In this document: positions 1-22,450 of the stretch, in pieces
Numbering within the stretch: position 1 is the stretch's first letter
Layout: each line of letters starts with the position of its first letter
Origin: Tubulanus polymorphus
Lineage: Eukaryota; Animalia; Nemertea
Assembly: GCF_964204645.1 (NCBI RefSeq)
Contig: NC_134028.1
Span: 558,001 to 622,000, forward strand
Direction: 5' to 3'
Length of the DNA: 64,000 bases
The notes under the pieces: model-generated
Seen by the model: only the letters and a program-made list of their open reading frames with translations
Database searches by the model: none
Told to the model about the DNA's origin: nothing
Program-made: the position numbers and the translations under genes

Positions 1-3000
1 AGCGGGCGAGAGTTACAGAATATTGAACATAAGGATCATTTGGAACGACTCTCAGAGACTTGTGGCCTATCTGATTTGCTTTTATTCGATGACAGCGATA
101 AATCCGGGCAGATCAATCTCGACGAATTCTTTAAGGCTTTTAGTAAGTAAACAACGAGTGATTATTGATCGTGTATTTAGATACGGAGGTTTAAAGCGTC
201 GTCGGGAGGATTTTTGGTGCCTTTCGTAGCCGTTTTGCGACATCGATTGTCCTCCTTCCTATAAATAGTCGATTGCGCGCAAAGTCCCCGTTAGATTTGT
301 CGTCATAGCTACATTTCCGAAATGTAATTGGTTTGCACGAAATATCACTGCGAAGAATATAAAAAGACATTTTAAACGCGCCATTCAGAACCTGTCGCAG
401 AGTTATTCTATGGCCTCAGTTTAACGATGTTACTGGCAAAACACTTCTAATCGTGTTAAAGAAACCTTGTGAAAAAATTATTGAGAAGCTCCCTTCATCT
501 GGCCCATAGAATCCTGATAAGCCCTACCCAGAGGTAACTTCGTAAGCCATTTGTGACCTAAACATTTTTGTAATATTATTTGCATTGTGCTGAAACTCTA
601 TCGCGGAAGACGAAAACGACCAAAACATGGCCATACATCATTCGATAGTAAAAAGTTTATATATTTTGGTAGTTTTCGCCTTCCATACTCTAACCCTAGC
701 TCGCATTATCCCCGACTCTTCTTTTCAAAGGCTGTTTGTGAAAATAAACGACTGATTTTTACCGGCTTTTGTATTTCAAATGCGGAGGAAATAAATACGG
801 CGTAACGATAAGAAAAAGAATAAAATCAGACTCGGGTTTTGGTTCCGACGCGCGAACTGTCGAATTCTGTGTAGTTTTATCTCTCGCTTCAATAACGGAA
901 ACGTGTCGACATTACCCCGGTGTTAAAACCGTGTTTTATTCGTAGCTGGATGATTCTGGTGAATGATAGAGTGCGTAGTGAGTTCTATAGCATGTTATTA
1001 ACAGACCATTGATCTTCATCACTCATATAAATATATATATATATATATACAACACTTTCTAACAGCCACAGAATAATCTACAATAATTCCGAGCTTTGAG
1101 TCTTAAAATCTCATCTCGATATTCTTCAATCTACTTAATGAAGTGATTCGTAAACACCGCTAACAAAAAAACACAGAATAATCAAACCGATTGCAAAATC
1201 CATCTTGATTACGTCAAATTTTCCTCTAACAATCTAACTAAGCGTTGTCGGCAGTTTCCAACCTAAATTATACGTATTTAGTTGTAAACTGGCAGAAATT
1301 ACACGTTATACAACGTCGTATCTCGTCTGCGGCTGCGTCAAGAAGGAATCATATATATATATATATATAGATATCCGTCGCTGTGTACGAACGACATAAT
1401 CTCAGCTATGATCGTAATCACGGCTTGTTCGTTATTGATAAGCTTTTCTGATTTTACGACGTCGGGGAACGACACATGATAACGGCTTATGCTGTTATGG
1501 CAGCAACAAGAACGGATGAGACTCTGTGAGACTCAGTGCGGGACTCGGTGCGGGATCGGACCGGCGCGGGACCCGGCGCGGGACTCGGTGCGGGACCGGC
1601 GCGGGACTCGGCGCGGGACTCGGCGCGGGATTCGGCGCGGAACCCGGTGCGGGACCGGCGCGGGACTCGGTGCGGGACTCGGCGAGGAACCCGGTGCGGG
1701 ACCGGCGCGGGACTCGGTGCGGGACCCGGCGCGGGACTCGGTGCGGGACCGGCGCGGGACTCGGTGCGGAACCCGGCGCGGGATCCGGCGCGGGACCGGC
1801 GCGGGACTCGGCGCGGGACTCGGCGCGGGACTCGGTGCGGGACCCGGCGCGGGACTCGGTGCGGGACTCGGCGCGGGACTCGGTGCGGGACTCGGCGCGG
1901 GACTCGGCGCGGGACTCGGCGAGGAACCCGGCGCGGGATCCGGCGCGGGACTCGGCGCGAGTTTCCTCCACAAACCCCCGGAATAGAAGCCGTCTGTAAC
2001 TCTTAAAACGAACATGAATCCGATGATGAATCTCAATTGAATCAGTGAGAGACTCGTGCATAATATTCACATGCCAGTGACTCATTCAGTCGATTGATCG
2101 CGTGTAAGTCTCGATTGCGGCGATTTTTATCATAAAAGAAATTGTTGAGTGAAAACTAAATAAAAACCTTAATCTGCATACGACACACGGAAACAGAAAC
2201 GTGTTTCCGGATGTTTCCTTGTGTCGTGTGCATTTACGACAAACGAGATCTCGGGAACAATGTTTCCGAGATGTTCGTTTCCCTGCGCCGTGTGTGTTGG
2301 GCTTTATGGTCTATCTGAAAATCTAACTTCTATTTTCAGACATTTCCCGTTTGACGCTGGACGAAGAGTTGAAATTTCCTACCGTTGTTTCCGCTGTTGG
2401 AGGAAATCTAGAACTGTCTTGCGATATTCAAGGTGTAACTAAAGTGGTTTGGACTCGAAATAATGTCGACCTTTCAGCAGTAATGGATGACACTATATCC
2501 GTACGTATATTAATTTGTTTAATTCAATCTAAAATTCTTAATCAATTAATTATTAATGGACTGCTTTATATCAAATTTCGAAATTTGCGTAACGATTTCA
2601 TCGACTTCTACGGAGGCTGCCAGGGAGCCATATTTATAAAACAAATTACTTATCAAAACTGAGAAAACTGGTTGATTCCAGGTGAACTAAACTTTGCATA
2701 TTTGGAGCTGCAAGAAAATAATTAACATAATCAAACAATCAACGAAAGAATGAAAACGATCTTATGGTGAACTAAAGCTTGAATCTGTTTTACAGGGGTC
2801 TGGAAACTGCAGCTATTTATATAGCGAGAATTCTTAGAAAAGAGGTTTATTTCTATTCATAGTTGTGACATTTTAGTAGATATCATCATCCGCGCTGAAA
2901 TCAGATACAAGCAATAATTCTTCATACTCGCTTTATACCTAACGCTTTAGTTAAAACTCTAATCCAACAGAAATCAATCTAAAGAGTTATCAGCAGCAAT

Positions 3001-6000
3001 CGACACGCTCTCTGATTATTGTCACATCTGTCGATGTTGTGGATACTTTGAAAATCCTCAGAGATTCAAAAACGCTTCAAAAACGCCTCACGATAAAATC
3101 TCAGTTACAGGTCTGAATTTAAAAGCCTGCGTTGCGTGAATTATTGATAGGTTTTCGCAGAAAGCGTTGATTAGTTCACAATTAACGTTCAGTCAAATCC
3201 CCGCAAATATCAAACCGAGTTTGTTTTCATTAAAAAGCGACGTCAATTTAACTCATTTATTAGGTTCTGAATGATGGATCACTTTACATCAGAGGATTAG
3301 AACTAGAACACATGGGAAACTATTCCTGTCACGATACTGCATATCCAGAAATTGTGCAAACCCATTACATCAAAGTTCAAGGTAAGATGAAGTCTTGTCG
3401 TCCGCAGAAATACTGTTAATAACCTCGAGGCTAAAACAACACACTGAAACATTTCATATATAGATAATTGTTTTTGCAGCAAAATTGTGGCTTCATCGGT
3501 TATCGATATTCTGAATAAAGCCTTCCTTTGACTATATTTATAATAAAGAATCAATCTTAAGTTATATATACCTTATCCTGATCATATCAGTGAGAAAGAG
3601 CTATATCGACCTAAACCTTTAGCTTTGGTAGTTTTACCTTTAACCAAACTATCAACCCGAAAATACACTAAATATATTGACTAAGTAGACACACCTTTCG
3701 TCTTCGCAATATTTCTGTTTATTGTTATTTTATATTCTAGTTCCGCCTAAGGTTCGTGTTGCCCCTAACAATCACGTGTTCCCGTCCGGTAGTACTGTAA
3801 CATTACGGTGCCACGCCGACGGTTTGCCGCGTCCGAGAATATCCTGGGAAAAAAACAACCTACCGCTGCCCGATGATCCCGATCATAAATTATACACATG
3901 GGACAGTAAGTATATATAAACGCTCTACGACGCCATGTTTCCAGTCACAGGACCGCTCGATATGTTTATTAATGATCACATCATAAATATCTATTTTTCA
4001 TACTCCGCTATTTTACCTTGTGCGTGACTGTGGTTAATGGGTCCAGGTAACGCGTGCCTGATTCACGAGCCAGTATTTCATAAATTCTTACTTGGCAAAG
4101 TGCGTTTTGATGTTTTATTGCCGAGTGGGACAGTAGTATGGTGGAGGGGGGGGGGGGGGGTTGTGGCCGGAATAACGATTTCTAGATACATACAATCATT
4201 TCTCAGGAAAGAAAACATTTTGCAAGGAATAAATCGCTGATGGCGACATCCGTGAATAGTTCGCAGTCACGGGCCACTTACTGAATTTGAAAAAAATGTT
4301 TTTTTTATTTCAGGTAGTAATACAGTACTTAGTATAAAACACGCTAATTATTCTACGGACATCGGTTCTTATAAATGCAAAGGAACGAATATCGCTGGCG
4401 AGGGACAGGATACTTCTACAATCTTTATTACTGATACTAAAGATCAGATAATGACGGGTAAATCACTGAAAACTTACATGTTTCATAAGTAGATTATACG
4501 GTCCGAATATCTTTGAAGGTTCATTTAAAAAATCGGGAAATCATTTTCTGATGTACATAAAATTTATTTCATTTTAATAGTTATGATATAATAATTATGA
4601 ATTGAATAATGATTTGGTATCATTTGAAAATGGAACAAATTTTGTTTTTCGATTTTCAGCCGAAGAATCGTTTGAACGGTTTGTAGTATTTCACGATAAT
4701 GGTTACACAGTGTACGAGCCTCAACACTGTCACCAGGGCCATACCGTTAACTGGAACTACGGTTACTTCCGCTTTCCCCCTGGTGACGATCTGAAGACTT
4801 TGTGTAAAAGCGAGGGTCAGTGCTCCTGGGGATCAGTAGTGAACGTAAAGAACACGTATCTGTACATCAGTCAGCCTAATTTGAATAGAGTTGTAGTAAT
4901 TGGCGTCAAAAATGGATTCAATCCGATTCAGGTAATAGTCGCTGAATAACGCGAAATATGAATCTCGCAAAAAGCGTTGATGGAAAGGTTTGTGTAATCA
5001 TAAACGAAGCAATCCCAAAACAAATTCAGGCAAAGTTTTTATTTATTGTGGGATATCTCTGGTTTATTTGTCGTGTAACTACTCGACTTGTTTTATGTAA
5101 TGCTGTTCATAATCTGTCGTTTCTCCATCAATAGGTTATAAAAACCGAAAAGGTTCCGGTTCATTTACGGTATATCGAACATCTCGATCAAGTGTGGGTT
5201 GTTTGTTGGAACGCGAACGAAGATTCCGGATCGAAGTTACTCGTCGCGGTCCGTGACGCCAGTAAAGATCTACATCACGAAATGGTTCACCCGCAGCCGA
5301 TGGGTCGCCATTTTGATCTGGTGTGTATTTCAAACAGATTGAATGAAAGATTGATGCAAATATTTGAATTTGGAAAAAAAGAAATGTTTAAAGAACTGAT
5401 TTTTGTTGTTTCAGTTAAAAGACGTTTTTCTGCCACCTAGTGACGATTTGAAACATAAATTCAGACATGGTTACGTGACACATTTTGAAAAGATGGCGCT
5501 GTATAAATTGGATTTAGCACGAATGCAATACGTTAACACAATCGATCTGAAACAATTTAATTGCGTTCCCAAATCCGTTGGGTTCCTGCCTATAGGTAAA
5601 TGTTTGCATCCTACGAATCGAATTTAAGATTTACTGATAATTCTATAAAATCTGGAGTAAGGCTCATTTTGCCACATGATCGTTGTACGTTTATTTAGGT
5701 GGCCAAATACTGATCGAATGCAAAGCGCCTATTGGTCAGGAGAAAATCGCGTTACAACTCGTCATGGATTACGTAACTGATCAGATTTTGCAAAAGGCAC
5801 CGGTACCCGGATCACCAAATGTTTCCCCAGACGGGAAATATATTGTAAGTGTAGATCCGCTATTGGGAGCTATCTCCGTTCAGAAAGTAACCGAAGAAGG
5901 TAAGTTCATTGATGACTGATACCCTGAAACAATCATTGCCGGTTGACTGCTGAAATTGTGTAAATGTCAGGAACTAGGGCGAACTCTGGTTCTCGTAGTT

Positions 6001-6827
6001 AGTCGACTAGTTGGAGCTGATATAACCGCTTAGTCTTAACGCATGATCCCCACAGTGTTGGATTTCTTGTAACTAGGTCTGATCTACAGCGACCGTGCTC
6101 GGTTACGAAGCTCGCTATGTCCCGACTGATACTCGGTTTCACTTAGTTCCCAAATAGTCGACTACCCGGCGATCCACCCATCACTTCTTGATACACTGAC
6201 AGAAATATCGTGCATTCCATTTTAGGTAAAATTGAATTTTCCTTCGATGATTTTACGAATGTTCATATCAGCGACATGGCATACTTTCCGTCGGATAACG
6301 GGCGAAGTTACAACATGTTCGCGAGTTCTACTGATCAGAATAATATTCTATTTATGAATCTGGAAACGGCGCACGTGGAGCTGATTGAAGGTATTGTTTA
6401 AATCTAATTTTACCAGATTCACGTGGTTTATCGGTGAAGATTTAACTGAAACTTTGGAGATTGAAGTTCTTTTTTTCAAAATACAGTTTTTGCGAAAACA
6501 TAGGAATACGTTTCGTAGATTCGAATTCGTGGAAATTCATCGAAAAAAGGACATTTGATAAATAACTTAGTAGCTGCTTATACTTGTGCATTGTATAGAA
6601 AACAATGTGTTGGTTTTTCAGGTGTGGGAGATGCGATTAAACCGGAGCAGTGGAAATGGAATGCAAAAAACCGAGCTCTAGTGAACAGCGGAATATTCGG
6701 ACAATTCATCGTAACCCCATCACAGTCTTCTATAGTCATCATTGACGGAGTGCGTCGACATATTCAATGCGAATTTCCAAATATTAAAGGTGGAAATGTA
6801 ATCGCTTATGTTGAACCGTTGAATTGA
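1..6827 (+). CDS. FSTL5: Follistatin-related protein 4/5-like (EF-hand, two Ig domains, C-terminal beta-propeller-like region); 5'-truncated by window edge
   Basis: Phase-compatible GT-AG exons: 1-142 (EF-hand DDSDKSGQINLDEFFKAF), 2340-2500 and 3264-3381 (Ig1: LELSCDIQG..VVWTRNN..GSLYI..HMGNYSC), 3741-3905 and 4314-4457 (Ig2: VTLRCHADGLPRPRISWEKN..DIGSYKCKGTNIAG), 4660-4931, 5135-5320, 5415-5595, 5699-5899, 6226-6390, 6622-6827 (stop). Motifs CSWGSVVNVKNTYLYISQP, PNVSPDGKYIV and SGIFGQFIVTPS resemble the FSTL4/5 C-terminus as recalled. FSTL4 and FSTL5 cannot be told apart. Confidence 0.85.
1535..1960. repeat. GC-rich minisatellite, 11-12 bp unit (CGG[C/T]GCGGGAC[T/C])
   Basis: Directly visible tandem array in the first visible intron of the FSTL gene. 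It explains the low-complexity ORFs at 1489-2085. Confidence 0.95.
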
Positions 6828-8648
6828 GGAGAGACTCGTTGAGAACAACATTCAAATATGATTGATATATATATCTGTATACATGTGATAATCATTCCGC
6901 ATTTAAGTTGAAGGCATATCGTTTGAGTGGTCGACTGAAGATGGCGCTACCATCGCGTCATCGATGCCATAATCGACTGATATTATGAAGGCGTTTCATA
7001 AGTGAAATATGTCATCACCTTTTTCACAACTAATGACACAATAACCAATCATTATATATCATGATATTAATGTGTTTCCTATGTACCTTTGCATCTATAT
7101 TCTAAAGTAATTCGCGACGTAAACATTGGAAGCAATTTCGCTACGGAAACCAATTGATTTTAAACATCTTATTGTGACGAAGCGATTTTCCTTGGCAGCC
7201 TGTGTGGAAGGAATTTCTGACCAAATAGCCATAAAGAGGCAAATCCGTTAGTGGATGCTGATTTTTAAACGATGGCCTCCCTTGTAAATCCCTTGTAAAT
7301 TCTGAGGCGATAATGACGTCCAATTATTTTCTAAAAAGAATTTCCCTTCGCAGCACATTTCATCTTGAGATTAATATTATGGCCAAACGATAAAATGTTT
7401 CATTACGTATCGATGCACCAAAATCTCTTCAGATATGAAAATATATATATATAAATACGTATTAATATTCAAATAAATGATATTTCGCTGTAAAAATTCT
7501 TTTTTTATAATATTTTCTAAACAAATATATCGATTAAATATTGTTGATGTACTTATTTTAGAAGTCTGTGTAATAGGCCTAGGTGTTTGTCGATAATTAG
7601 ATCTATGATGTCATTTCCGGTACGAAACCTGTGTCGTTAACATATTTCTATAATCCGTGATATTTACCTCTACTGATATACGTCATCAAGTGTCTATTAT
7701 ACGTGTATTTTATAAGTTCAGTTTTCAAAAGCTTATAAATTCTTTAGTTCTTGCAGTAGATCTGTTTGTATAGAAACTATCATCGAAAACGATGCGTACA
7801 AACTAAACATATAAACTACCGAACATATGGAAAATCTATGAAAGAAGCACAAGCCAAACACAGTTTGTATAGTTTAAATTGCAAATATATTCCATGCGCG
7901 ACACACTATACAAACAAACATACTGTCGTAACGTTTATTCATTACTAAGATTTAAAAAAACAAAGATGTAAAAAACGTATCTCAATCTCTTGTAGCAATA
8001 TCGTGTACTAAAGGAACTTGTTTTATATCAATAGATACGTTCCCACGGCTTTCTTCAAAGCTTCGTTTTTGATTGGCGCCTGTGTACTTGTATCTGCATT
8101 GCGATAAGTTTGATAATTCGGGTACGAAATAAATGCTATTCGCTTATTGTAAACTCGTGAAATTCTTGTCTTCATTCATTGGATGTAACTAGTAAAAAGC
8201 CATCACACTATTGTCGTGGCCCTGCATCGAGAGTCAAGTCTGTGGTGTAGGTTCGACCAGTCCTGTAGTGTGGCTGTCTCCACAGCGATCTACGTCTCTC
8301 GACGATCCCAGTGTAATCAGACACTAAGGTTCTTGGTGAAGGTCTAGGGGACCTATTCCGGTTACGTTTTTCCAAAAGCCAAGAAAGAATAAAACAAATC
8401 AAGATATATCGCACATCATAAAGAGATCACATTTATTATCAACTCTAAAGATGGAAATAAGATACGTGTTTTAGTGTAGCATGTGCGTATCGAGGGTGCA
8501 TTAGTACTATAATTAAAATTAGGCAAAATTAGGCCGCGAAAATAATATTTTTATAGCATTATTTGCTCTTGTGCGTGATTTAATGCTACTATCTGACGAG
8601 TAGATGAATGTATTTCTTGTTCAGAATTCACTGGTTTTCAAGTTGACG

Positions 8649-10825
8649 TCACGCTACTTCCTGTGTACGGCCAAAACTAGTGTAACAAACAAAGCGATGA
8701 GGATTGTTCCATTGAACATTCTGAAAAATGCAATAATATTCCCTATCGTAGAATACACGTTACTAAGTCAAATAAATCAATGGCTGCCACTTTAAGAAAT
8801 GATAATAAAGTAGTTATATACTTACGGACGATTAATATTGGATTCATCAGTTTCGTGGTAGAAACGCAGCTTTCTAGCGATAACTTTGGTTAATGGATAC
8901 TTTCCTTGTCCACACTGAGTACCACTGAAGTCATCTAACGGTAACGACCAAATCATTGCACCTCCGAGATTCTTATACTTTATGTAACCCATCTATAAAC
9001 ACAGTTTAAATACGGAATTCGTTATAATATTATTTATAATGATTTTAGGACGTGTTAGGAAATTGTAAATTGTTTTACCATAAATATCACGTACTTTGTT
9101 AAAAATACTCATTTGATTATCGAATCCTACCCACGTCTTTCCAAATACGACAAATGGATCCCTAACAAGATGTAATAGAGCGCCGTTTTTACGGAGACCA
9201 CATATCTAAAACATTCGGAGAGATAAAGACAGAAATGTTGATTAACAATAATTATTCCATTGTAATTTATGCATTTAAGTAATATTTAAGGTATAACAGT
9301 TCATACCTCGTAGTACGCGTAGAAACCGCCTTCCTTGGTATAATCACCAGGAGTGGACATGCCAGAAATTTCAGCCCCGTAACTGTAATTAGACGTCGCC
9401 ATTGTATACCCGCGTCCGTACGTAGGGATACCTAAGATAAGTTTATCGGATGATTGTCCAGCTGAAGTGAAGCCATTGAGCCAAATATTCACAGCCGCGT
9501 TCTATAAACATTAGAATAATCAATGTGAATATACTAACCGTGATGCGGCAAAATATTATTAATATCTTTCTACGGGCATTGTTTATATGATAGTATTATA
9601 CGCTTGATTTCAACCATAAGTGACGATACATTCCGTGAACGAATCACTTGAAAATTAGCCTGAAATATGAAGACCGTTGAATCCACTCAACATTCCGACA
9701 TTCTAATCATTGTGTTTTAATATCTTACGACGTTCAAATACTTGTCATCGCCCTCCGCATCATCTCTTACGTAAAGCGCCGAGTGGTGACTTAACTTAGT
9801 CATACTCCGCAGATCGTAGGCCATCAAATTGATGAAATGTAAACTCCTAAACAAAATATTAAAAAATATCTCTCATGAAATGCTACAAATCGATAAATGT
9901 TAAAACATGTAAATATACAGATGCAAATATAAGATATAGATGTTTACTTAGCCAGAGATGGGATGTCGTAGGCTTTCTCAATGGTGTCCTTACCGGCAGC
10001 GACAGCAGCTGTCACTAGTAAAGGAGGGTCATGTTTGTCAAACGCATCCCTCAGTTCCTGTTAGATAAACATAATCTACGTACTTCACTCATAGATCGAT
10101 AAATGTATCATACCACAACTATACCTGACAAAGGAGCGCAAAATTTGCCTTGTCCTCTGGGGGACTACCGCGGCAAGCCGGGTACTCCCAATCTAAATCT
10201 AGCCCATCAAATCCTCGTTTTTCGATAAACTTTATAGCGTTTCTTATAAACTGAGTTCGGTTCTGTTTCGTCGCCACCATTTCTGTAAAGCCGAAGCCTG
10301 CGTGAGTCCAACCACCGACAGCAATCAGTGCTTTTAGTTGTGGCGCTTTTTCCTTCAGTTTGACGAACTGCGAGTAGCTTTTAATAGAAAGATATCTTTG
10401 TTTTATATATTCAAATGAGGTTCATACAAGATTATAGAGAAACATGCTGCAATCTTAAGTCTACAGTCTACACAGCATGTTGTCCGGTTATCACTTACAG
10501 ACCGACCCTACCATCCGCGCCATCTTCGTCGTTCCATTCGTAATTTGTGATGTCATTATCGACTACTTTAGCGAAGGCGAAGATAATGTGCGTACATAGA
10601 TCAGGGTTGATGTCGCCTGGGAGGAATTTCGCGAAACCAGTTCTGTACTGTGACCAATTAGTGTAATAACAAACAATCTTATAATCTATCAGAAATATAA
10701 ATATACGAGAATTACTGAACAGGTGAATTATTTAGACGATCACGTGTTACTGAGATATACATACCTTTACTGGCCGTCGACAGGCCCAGGAATGCTACAG
10801 ACACGAGCAAGGCTACTTTCAACAT
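8649..10825 (-). CDS. Secreted GH18 chitinase (chitotriosidase/AMCase-like), catalytic motif intact
   Basis: Signal-peptide exon 10825-10765 ([20 protein letters not shown]). Exon 10685-10499 gives [23 protein letters not shown]. The exon from 10377 gives [18 protein letters not shown] (~10180-10211). Later exons give [26 protein letters not shown] and [14 protein letters not shown]. The last exon is uncertain (8676-8649 or ~8353-8208). Confidence 0.92.
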
Positions 10826-12172
10826 TGCTGCAATAAAAATATTTTACCAAACTCTTATTTAATATGACTGGACTCTATTTTCCATATTTTCACAACTTTC
10901 TAAAAGATTTTACTGTTGTACCGCACAAAATATGATTCTAACAGATTTTGCATGTATGTAAACAGATCCAAATCCTTCTTTGTCTTTTGATCGAAATTAT
11001 CATAAAATTATATTCGTTTGCAATCAACAAATCAAATAATTGATAAAAAAATGCTAAATGATATTACGAAAGGATCACAGGAATAAACTAACCTGCCGTT
11101 CGTAAACTCAAACTACGAATAGATATATGCTTAGTTAGACGAAACCCTGGTTTTCGAATTTACTGAAAGGAAACCCCTGAGGCTACGAAAAAAAACTGAA
11201 CAAAAACGTCAATGTATTCAAGAAATCATATAGACATATTCAAAAAAGTGAACCGTTGTTACTTAAAAGAATGTATTTAAACCAAGCCTAATTTAGTTTT
11301 CCCAAGTATAAAGGGCAATATATATAATTGCAACGATTCATATTGATACACATATTTGTTCTGATTATAATAACGAACTAAAGCCTCAGGCAGAAAATAC
11401 GTCGCAAAAAGAGTTCCTTCTATTGAACGCATTGTTTTCCTTTGGATTCAATCTGATTGAATATCTACCGATCTTATGAATATCTCCTTATTCGATAACT
11501 ATTGGACGTGTTCAAAATTCATAAGTACTCTCGTACTGAAGAACTGATCGTTTTCGCAAGGTGACCTTTTCATTCACAATATGATCCACGCATTATATAT
11601 GATACATTACTCTCGTCAGCATCCAGTTCCAAGGATTATTTTGGAGTGTGTTGTAGGAAACAGGAACAATGACTATATCTATACCCGATGGAATCATAGA
11701 AAAACATACATCATCTGTTAAACAATATCACGAAGAAAATTTTATTCGGACCAAAATAATAAGAATTTATTATCAGGGTGTGCGACATTCATTCTTCACA
11801 ATAATAACCACTCGTATAACAGTAGTTTACGCGTTACTGTTTTATTGAATATATATAAACGACGGCAGTTTGTTACTATTACTTCATTTTCAACTTAAGC
11901 AACATAAACAGATACAACACGTTAATACTTATATAACATTGAGCTGCTTTAATGCCAGAAAGCACATGAATTATTGCATAGTTAACACAATAGACACGAG
12001 TTCTAATGTAATTTTCATTTACAAATTATAGAGATACACTGATTTTCACTAAGCTGTTAGATACTTTAAACGAAAGCTTTAGATTTTCATTCTGATATAT
12101 ATCAAGATTTTCTATATCAAAATATCAAAATGTCTATTCTTTAAACTCCACGAGTTCTTAGGCGACTAGTTC

Positions 12173-21311
<9,139 letters not shown>

Positions 21312-22070
21312 GACGACTGTATCTCCGTAATCACTGGTTGTCAAACGTCTTAATACATCAGCTAACGCCATAGCGTAGAATAATGAAAAAACGTTATATT
21401 TCTTACTAAGATATTAGTATAATTCTGATTGTAGTTTCAGAGTATTTCGACTCGATATATTTATATATTTACTCCTCAATCTAATTATATAAACCTGGTT
21501 TAATACTCACCGGTATTTCCAGCAGACCGTTGACACTCGAGAGTCCCAGCCCAAGAAATAACACAGATCAAAATATGCCTCGAGATTTATCTGGTTATCA
21601 TCGGTAAGATTACAAGTCTTAGCGATACACTTGACACATGAAAGGAGATATAGTCGGTTAAGGGTCCAGTCAAATTTTAAAGTTTAGGAGTCCTTGATTT
21701 ATGCGTTAAATCAGCCGCTTATCGTAGAAGTCGATGACCTTCGTTACATATTTAGCTCTACTATGACCCAACTAGATAAAGACATTTATTAAAAAATAAG
21801 ATGAAAGTCCGCGTACAGTGTTTCGAATTCAACCCGTCGTATAATCGACTGTAAATTGATTTTTGTGGTGATTAATGATTTTGTGTAACAGTCCATATTC
21901 CTCGTCGTGTACGATCTCTCTAAGTATTCATTTGCAACCTTTGAGGCCATCGCACTCAGGGAAACAGATAAACAGAGAAACAAGGAATCAAACCTGCCTG
22001 TTTGATCGCGGAAACATTGTTACCGAAACCATACACACACGACACAGTGAAACATGATCTTGTGTCCATA

Positions 22071-22075
<5 letters not shown>

Positions 22076-22138
<63 letters not shown>

Positions 22139-22201
22139 AGGGAGGGAGGGAGGGAGGGAGGGAGGGAGGGAGGGAGGGAGGGAGGGAGGGAGGGAGGGAG
22201 G

Positions 22202-22270
<69 letters not shown>
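22076..22270. repeat. Compound microsatellite (AG)n-(GGGA)n-(AG)n
   Basis: Directly visible homopurine tract. Confidence 0.98.
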
Positions 22271-22450
22271 ATCCCACAATAATAACAAAATACAGTCTGA
22301 AAATGTTACTGAAGCTAGTGTAGTTTATTCGACTGTATTCTAATAGGCATCTTCAGGAATACTCGAATGAATATTACCATTTGGAATTAAAGATTATTTT
22401 ATTCACTGATAAATGAATACATTATGAATTATAGTTGATCGCAAACGATC

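Noticed and set aside
1489-2085. Five overlapping Gly/Ala/Arg/Pro-rich ORFs
   Set aside because: Artefacts of the GC-rich minisatellite within an intron.
5990-6175. Possible MITE bounded by TAGTCGACTA palindromes in an FSTL intron
   Set aside because: The match is only ~10 bp and self-palindromic, with no TSD or second copy in the window. Evidence is insufficient.
21956-22343. ORFs with (RE)n or (SL)n tracts
   Set aside because: Microsatellite translations; the same applies to 48610-48854 and 59359-59622.
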